Positions 44,517-48,304 of a stretch of 48,304 nucleotides of DNA are shown here, piece after piece. The position numbers and the translations under genes are program-made. Numbering within the stretch: the stretch's first letter is position 1; every line of letters begins with the position of its first letter. Source of the stretch: Myxococcales bacterium (lineage in GTDB: Bacteria; Myxococcota_A; Polyangia; Polyangiales; Polyangiaceae). The stretch covers positions 1 to 48,304 of the forward strand of contig JAYTOU010000048.1 of NCBI GenBank assembly GCA_043747615.1. The letters are read 5' to 3'. The notes beneath the pieces are model-generated. The model worked only from the letters and a program-made list of their open reading frames with translations. It was not told the origin of the DNA and ran no database searches.

Positions 44517-45701
44517 ATGGATTGCGAGAGGTTCGAAAGCACGCTGATCGACGAGCTCTATGACGAGCTCGACGAGCTGACGAGCGCGGCGTCAAAACGC
44601 CACGTCGCCGGCTGCGCGCGCTGTGCGAGCCTTCTTGGTGGTCTCAAGGCCACGCGCCGGATCGCGGTGCTCCCTCTCGTCGAAGCGCCTGCGGGCCTCG
44701 AAGAGCGCATTTTGCTGGCCGAGCGCGATTCCCGCAAAGTGGTGCCCCTCCAAGGTCGCCTCTCCAGCGCCGTGTCGTGGGCCGGAAACTGGGCGATGCG
44801 CCCGCAGACTGCGATGGCCGCGGTATTCCTCCTGATGATCGGCTCGACCGTGCTCCTCGTGCGCGGGCCAAGCGCGAAGGCCCCCGGAAGCTCGGCGATG
44901 GTGGTCACGGAACAGGGCGCACCGGCAACGTTGGCAAGCGCGGTGGCTGAGAATCAGCAGGTCGATCTCCAGTCGGCGGCGGCGGCGGCGCATGGTCCAC
45001 TCCTACCGGCGGCAGCCCCCGCGGCCTCTGCGGCATCGGCAAGCGCTCTCCTCGCCGACAAAGACAGCCTCGACCAGCGAGACATTCTCGACCAACGAAA
45101 AGAAGGCGCTCTCGGGGGCATGTTCAAGACGAAGAATAGCGAAGATAACGTCGCGCAGCGCGGTATGGCGAACGCTGCTCCACCTGCGGGCGCCCCTGCA
45201 AAAGCAGGCGCGGGCGCACCTCCCCCGCCCGCTCCGATGGCTCAGTCCGCAGGCGACCCGTCCGAATCTCCTGCCGATTTCAACACCGCTATGGCCGCCT
45301 ACCGCGTCCGACGTTACGACGACGCGGCGCGCATGTTCGACGTGCTGGCGGGTAGCGGTGACACCAACGCTGCGCTCTTTGCGGCGCTGAGCGTGCGCGA
45401 TGGCAACGGCTGCGGCGCCGCGGTTACGCGCTTCGATCAGCTCGGAGCGCGCGCGTACGGCACACAGCCCGGGTACGACGCGACGCTCGAAGGAGGCCGC
45501 TGCTACCGTGCGATGGGCTCGTTCGAAACGGCACGCGCCCACTTTCGCAGGCTCCTCACCGTTCCTTCGCACGCTGCGAGGGCGCAGACGGAGCTCGACG
45601 CGATGTCGCCCAAGGCCGCGGCAGCCGGGAAGCCCGCCATGCGTTCCGCTGAACCGCCGCCGGCACAGGCTTCGCCGCCCGCGAGCAGCTCGAGATTCTG
45701 A
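44517..45701 (+). CDS. Zinc-binding (zf-HC2/ZAS) transmembrane anti-sigma factor with C-terminal TPR-like periplasmic domain
   Basis: HVAGCARC (HxxxCxxC), TM AMAAVFLLMIGSTVLLV, Ala/Pro linker, TPR-like helices; directly after the ECF gene. Confidence 0.85.
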   Translation: MDCERFESTLIDELYDELDELTSAASKRHVAGCARCASLLGGLKATRRIAVLPLVEAPAGLEERILLAERDSRKVVPLQGRLSSAVSWAGNWAMRPQTAMAAVFLLMIGSTVLLVRGPSAKAPGSSAMVVTEQGAPATLASAVAENQQVDLQSAAAAAHGPLLPAAAPAASAASASALLADKDSLDQRDILDQRKEGALGGMFKTKNSEDNVAQRGMANAAPPAGAPAKAGAGAPPPPAPMAQSAGDPSESPADFNTAMAAYRVRRYDDAARMFDVLAGSGDTNAALFAALSVRDGNGCGAAVTRFDQLGARAYGTQPGYDATLEGGRCYRAMGSFETARAHFRRLLTVPSHAARAQTELDAMSPKAAAAGKPAMRSAEPPPAQASPPASSSRF

Positions 45702-45708
45702 CGCACGG

Positions 45709-46407
45709 ATGCACGACCCGCAGCCAGGCACCGTGGTCGACGCATGGTGCGACCTCGACCACGCACACGCGCTGCTTCCCGTCGATCACGAGATCATTGA
45801 GTCGACTCGGGCGCTGCGCGCGCTGGTCGTCGACCTTCTCCGCGACGGAGCATCCTTAGCCGATGACACCGCACCGGCACGCGATCTCTACAACGCGTGC
45901 GCCATGCTCGGTCGCACGATCGCCGAACGTGGTGGCTCGCCCACGTGCACCGTCGCCACGATGCACCACGCGGAAAAAGCGTTGAAGCTCGCCACTCGCG
46001 ACGGCGGCGCCTCCCACCAAGAAGTCGCTGAAGCGCGCTGGTTTTCTGCGCGGGCCGCGCTGGCCGAAGGCTTCGCTGCGGCGCGGACGGAGATGGCGCG
46101 GAAGGAGGCGGCGGGCGGCTGGGAGTATCCACGGTGCGCCGTCACGCTCGACGATTCGACGTTCGCGTTTGCGGCCGGCTACCCCGACGACGATGGCGAA
46201 GCAGTCGCCGCGTGGGCGGGTCGCGTGGCCAACGCGGCAGTCCTGAAGGGTGCTCGGCGGGCCGTTGTCACGGGGCGCGAAGACGCCAAGCGCGCGCTGA
46301 TCGATGCCCTCTCGACGATCGGCGTCGAAGTAATCGCCTCGCTCGAAAAGCCCGAAACCGGGAAGCGCTCATGGCTCCCGTGGAACCGACCCCCACGAAA
46401 GGGTTGA
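45709..46407 (+). CDS. Hypothetical protein, possibly degenerate RsbR-like (RsbRD_N-like plus reduced STAS)
   Basis: ATG 45709 just after the anti-sigma stop; LGRTIAERGGSPT and a beta/alpha C-terminus (GARRAVVTG...LSTIGVEVI) resemble RsbR-type proteins. Confidence 0.6.
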   Translation: MHDPQPGTVVDAWCDLDHAHALLPVDHEIIESTRALRALVVDLLRDGASLADDTAPARDLYNACAMLGRTIAERGGSPTCTVATMHHAEKALKLATRDGGASHQEVAEARWFSARAALAEGFAAARTEMARKEAAGGWEYPRCAVTLDDSTFAFAAGYPDDDGEAVAAWAGRVANAAVLKGARRAVVTGREDAKRALIDALSTIGVEVIASLEKPETGKRSWLPWNRPPRKG

Positions 46408-46437
46408 GCACTCCGAATCTCTGCTAGATTGCGCGAC

Positions 46438-48162
46438 ATGCGAGCGCGATGGGCCCTTGGAATTTCGACGATTGTCGCGGCGTGCGGAACGGGCGACAAA
46501 GTCCGCGTAAACGTCTCCCCTACTCTTCTCTTCCCGCACGCCCTGCTCGACAACGTCACCAAGCTGACGGTCACCGTATACGAAGCGAAGGACGGCGCGA
46601 TGTGCGACCCGACCGGGAGCGCCGCCGGCAACACTTCGAAGCCCATCACGACGAAAGATCTCACGAGCGGATCGTGCGCCGGTGGCGGCAAGTTCTGCGG
46701 CGACCTGCAAGTGGTCGAATCCGAGAACGTGCGCGTCTTCGGCGCAGCGGGCTTCTCCGTGAGCGGCGCCCAAGTGGTGGTCGGCTGCGGGACCGCCAAG
46801 GTCAATCAGGACGCGCTCCCCCTCACGATCACGATGAAGCGTTTCGTGAAACCTGCGGTGTGTGGGAACAGCGTCGTCGAATCCACCGAGCAATGTGAAC
46901 CCAAGGGGAGCACGACCGATCCTCTCTGTGACGAGACGTGCCACACGAAAGAGGTTCTCCTTTCGAATGGCAAAGGGACCGTCGGCGGCACCTCGAGCGG
47001 CAGGCCTGGAGACAAGCAGCGCCCGTTTTTCTTGTGGCCCGCCGCGAGCGGTGCGCCCGGGAGATTCATGGCGTTCTTCGGCGACAAATCGCCGCCGAGC
47101 TTCACGCACGCAACGATGCGCGTGCTCAGCGACAGCTTCCAGCCCTTCTCAGCGCAAGGGCCCGAGATGCGCGATTTTTCGTTTTTTCTGCCGAACAATG
47201 GAACGAGCTTTCCCCCAACGGCGGAGCCCAATAGCCAATTCTCACCGACGGCTGCGTCCATCGGCGCGAAGTACTACGTGGCCTACGAAGACGACGGCGC
47301 GGGATCGATCGACATTCGGCTGCGCTCGATGGACTCACTTCTCACCCCCGACCAAGCAGCTGCGACGGCCATCGGCATCAACGGCGCGGGTGGCGCCGGG
47401 GAACCAGGGATTCAGAGCCTTCCGTCGATGGCTGCGAGCTCGAACGGCCTCCTCTTCCTCGCCTGGCAAGATGCGGCGGGCATCATTCGTGGTCGCACGT
47501 TTGATCCGGGAGGCGCCCCGCTCGGGGCACAGCGCGACATCAGCACCGGGTCTACGAGCAAGCGCCCGGTCATCGCTTCGAATGGAAGCGGCTGGGTCGC
47601 GGTCTGGGAGAGCGGCGCGGACGTGAAGGTGCGGTCGATCGGTGCCGACGGAGCTCCGATCGGCGTGGAGCAAACGGTGAACGACGCGTCGCACTCCGGA
47701 AATCAATCGCATCCTTCCGTCGCGGCCCTCGCCGACGGTCGTTTTGCCGTGACCTGGGCAGGCAACAGCGACATCTTCGTCCAGCGCTACGGCTCGAACA
47801 CCATGCCGACCTCGGGCGACCAGAGCGCGCGGATCAACAACCTCGTCGCAGACGGAGATCAGAACTCCCCCGTCATCGCCGCGAGCACGGCGGTCGGCGG
47901 CTCGTTCGTCGCGGCCTGGACTGATGCTGCCTCCGGACACATTCGCGCCCGTCTTGTCGGCGGCTCCTCCGGATTTCTCTTCAACAACGTCGACGCTCAG
48001 AACGGTGAGTTCCAGGCCAGCGTGGACGACGGACGCACGCGCGCGAATCCGACGGCTGTCGTCGGAGGTGCAGGGGCTGCCGTTGCCATCGGCTGGGAAG
48101 ACAACACCAGCGATGGACGCGCGGGCGTCTACGGCCGCCGCTTCCCTCTTCCTTCTGAGTAG
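46438..48162 (+). CDS. Lipoprotein with Cys-rich segment and ~7 beta-propeller-like repeats
   Basis: Lipobox IVAAC; CGNSVVESTEQCE..CDETC Cys-rich repeat; repeats of the form Q..P...A...G.F.VAW. Confidence 0.75.
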   Translation: MRARWALGISTIVAACGTGDKVRVNVSPTLLFPHALLDNVTKLTVTVYEAKDGAMCDPTGSAAGNTSKPITTKDLTSGSCAGGGKFCGDLQVVESENVRVFGAAGFSVSGAQVVVGCGTAKVNQDALPLTITMKRFVKPAVCGNSVVESTEQCEPKGSTTDPLCDETCHTKEVLLSNGKGTVGGTSSGRPGDKQRPFFLWPAASGAPGRFMAFFGDKSPPSFTHATMRVLSDSFQPFSAQGPEMRDFSFFLPNNGTSFPPTAEPNSQFSPTAASIGAKYYVAYEDDGAGSIDIRLRSMDSLLTPDQAAATAIGINGAGGAGEPGIQSLPSMAASSNGLLFLAWQDAAGIIRGRTFDPGGAPLGAQRDISTGSTSKRPVIASNGSGWVAVWESGADVKVRSIGADGAPIGVEQTVNDASHSGNQSHPSVAALADGRFAVTWAGNSDIFVQRYGSNTMPTSGDQSARINNLVADGDQNSPVIAASTAVGGSFVAAWTDAASGHIRARLVGGSSGFLFNNVDAQNGEFQASVDDGRTRANPTAVVGGAGAAVAIGWEDNTSDGRAGVYGRRFPLPSE

Positions 48163-48198
48163 ACGCGCTTAGTCGCCGCGCGCTTCGACGCGCTCAGC

Positions 48199-48304
48199 TA
48201 GTGCTTCGGTTCCATTGAGCTGACGGGTTTCGCTTTCCATCGACGCGTGAACATGTTCCATGTTTGGGCATGAGAAAGCGCTACATCGTCAACCTGACGC
48301 CGGA
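48199..48304 (+). mobile_element. Probable left end of an IS630-family element, with transposase start at 48270
   Basis: ATG 48270 gives MRKRYIVNLTP, resembling IS630 transposase N-termini; (C)TA-GTGCTTCGG ~70 nt upstream fits a TA target; only 35 coding nt visible. Confidence 0.55.

Noticed and set aside
1..48304. CRISPR array, tRNA/rRNA, prophage or anti-phage defence genes
   Set aside because: No spaced repeat array, RNA-gene signature or phage/defence motif was recognised; MazG is the ordinary two-domain housekeeping type.

Overview
GC-rich bacterial DNA whose gene content points to Myxococcota, probably a Polyangiaceae/Sorangiineae-like organism. About 44 CDS, one decayed gene and the probable left end of an IS630-like element at the right edge; no rRNA, tRNA or CRISPR array seen. 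1-28.5 kb is mostly housekeeping: L,D-transpeptidase, polyprenyl synthase plus GbsR-type regulator, DEAD-box helicase, QEGLA protein, MoxR, RluD, DAGK-family kinase, FAAL, a Fur/PerR-rubrerythrin-Fe-S oxidoreductase-DUF3501-thioesterase operon, Lgt-like protein, RlmN, DUF885, MazG, AI-2E transporter and enoyl-CoA hydratase. It also holds several apparent pseudoenzymes: a TPR-zincin lacking HExxH, a C-lobe-only pseudokinase fused to GYF/TM/TonB-C-like domains, a shortened SDR and a motif-divergent Lgt. 28.5-48 kb is the most interesting part. A minus-strand Glt-like envelope-complex cluster (conserved secreted protein, GltC-, D-, E-, F-, G-like) is followed by a unit encoding a Cys-containing secreted protein, an outer-membrane beta-barrel, a short OPX protein and an asparaginase. 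A divergent ECF sigma / zinc anti-sigma / degenerate RsbR-like / beta-propeller lipoprotein unit faces it. All calls come from reading motifs by eye; no database searches were run.
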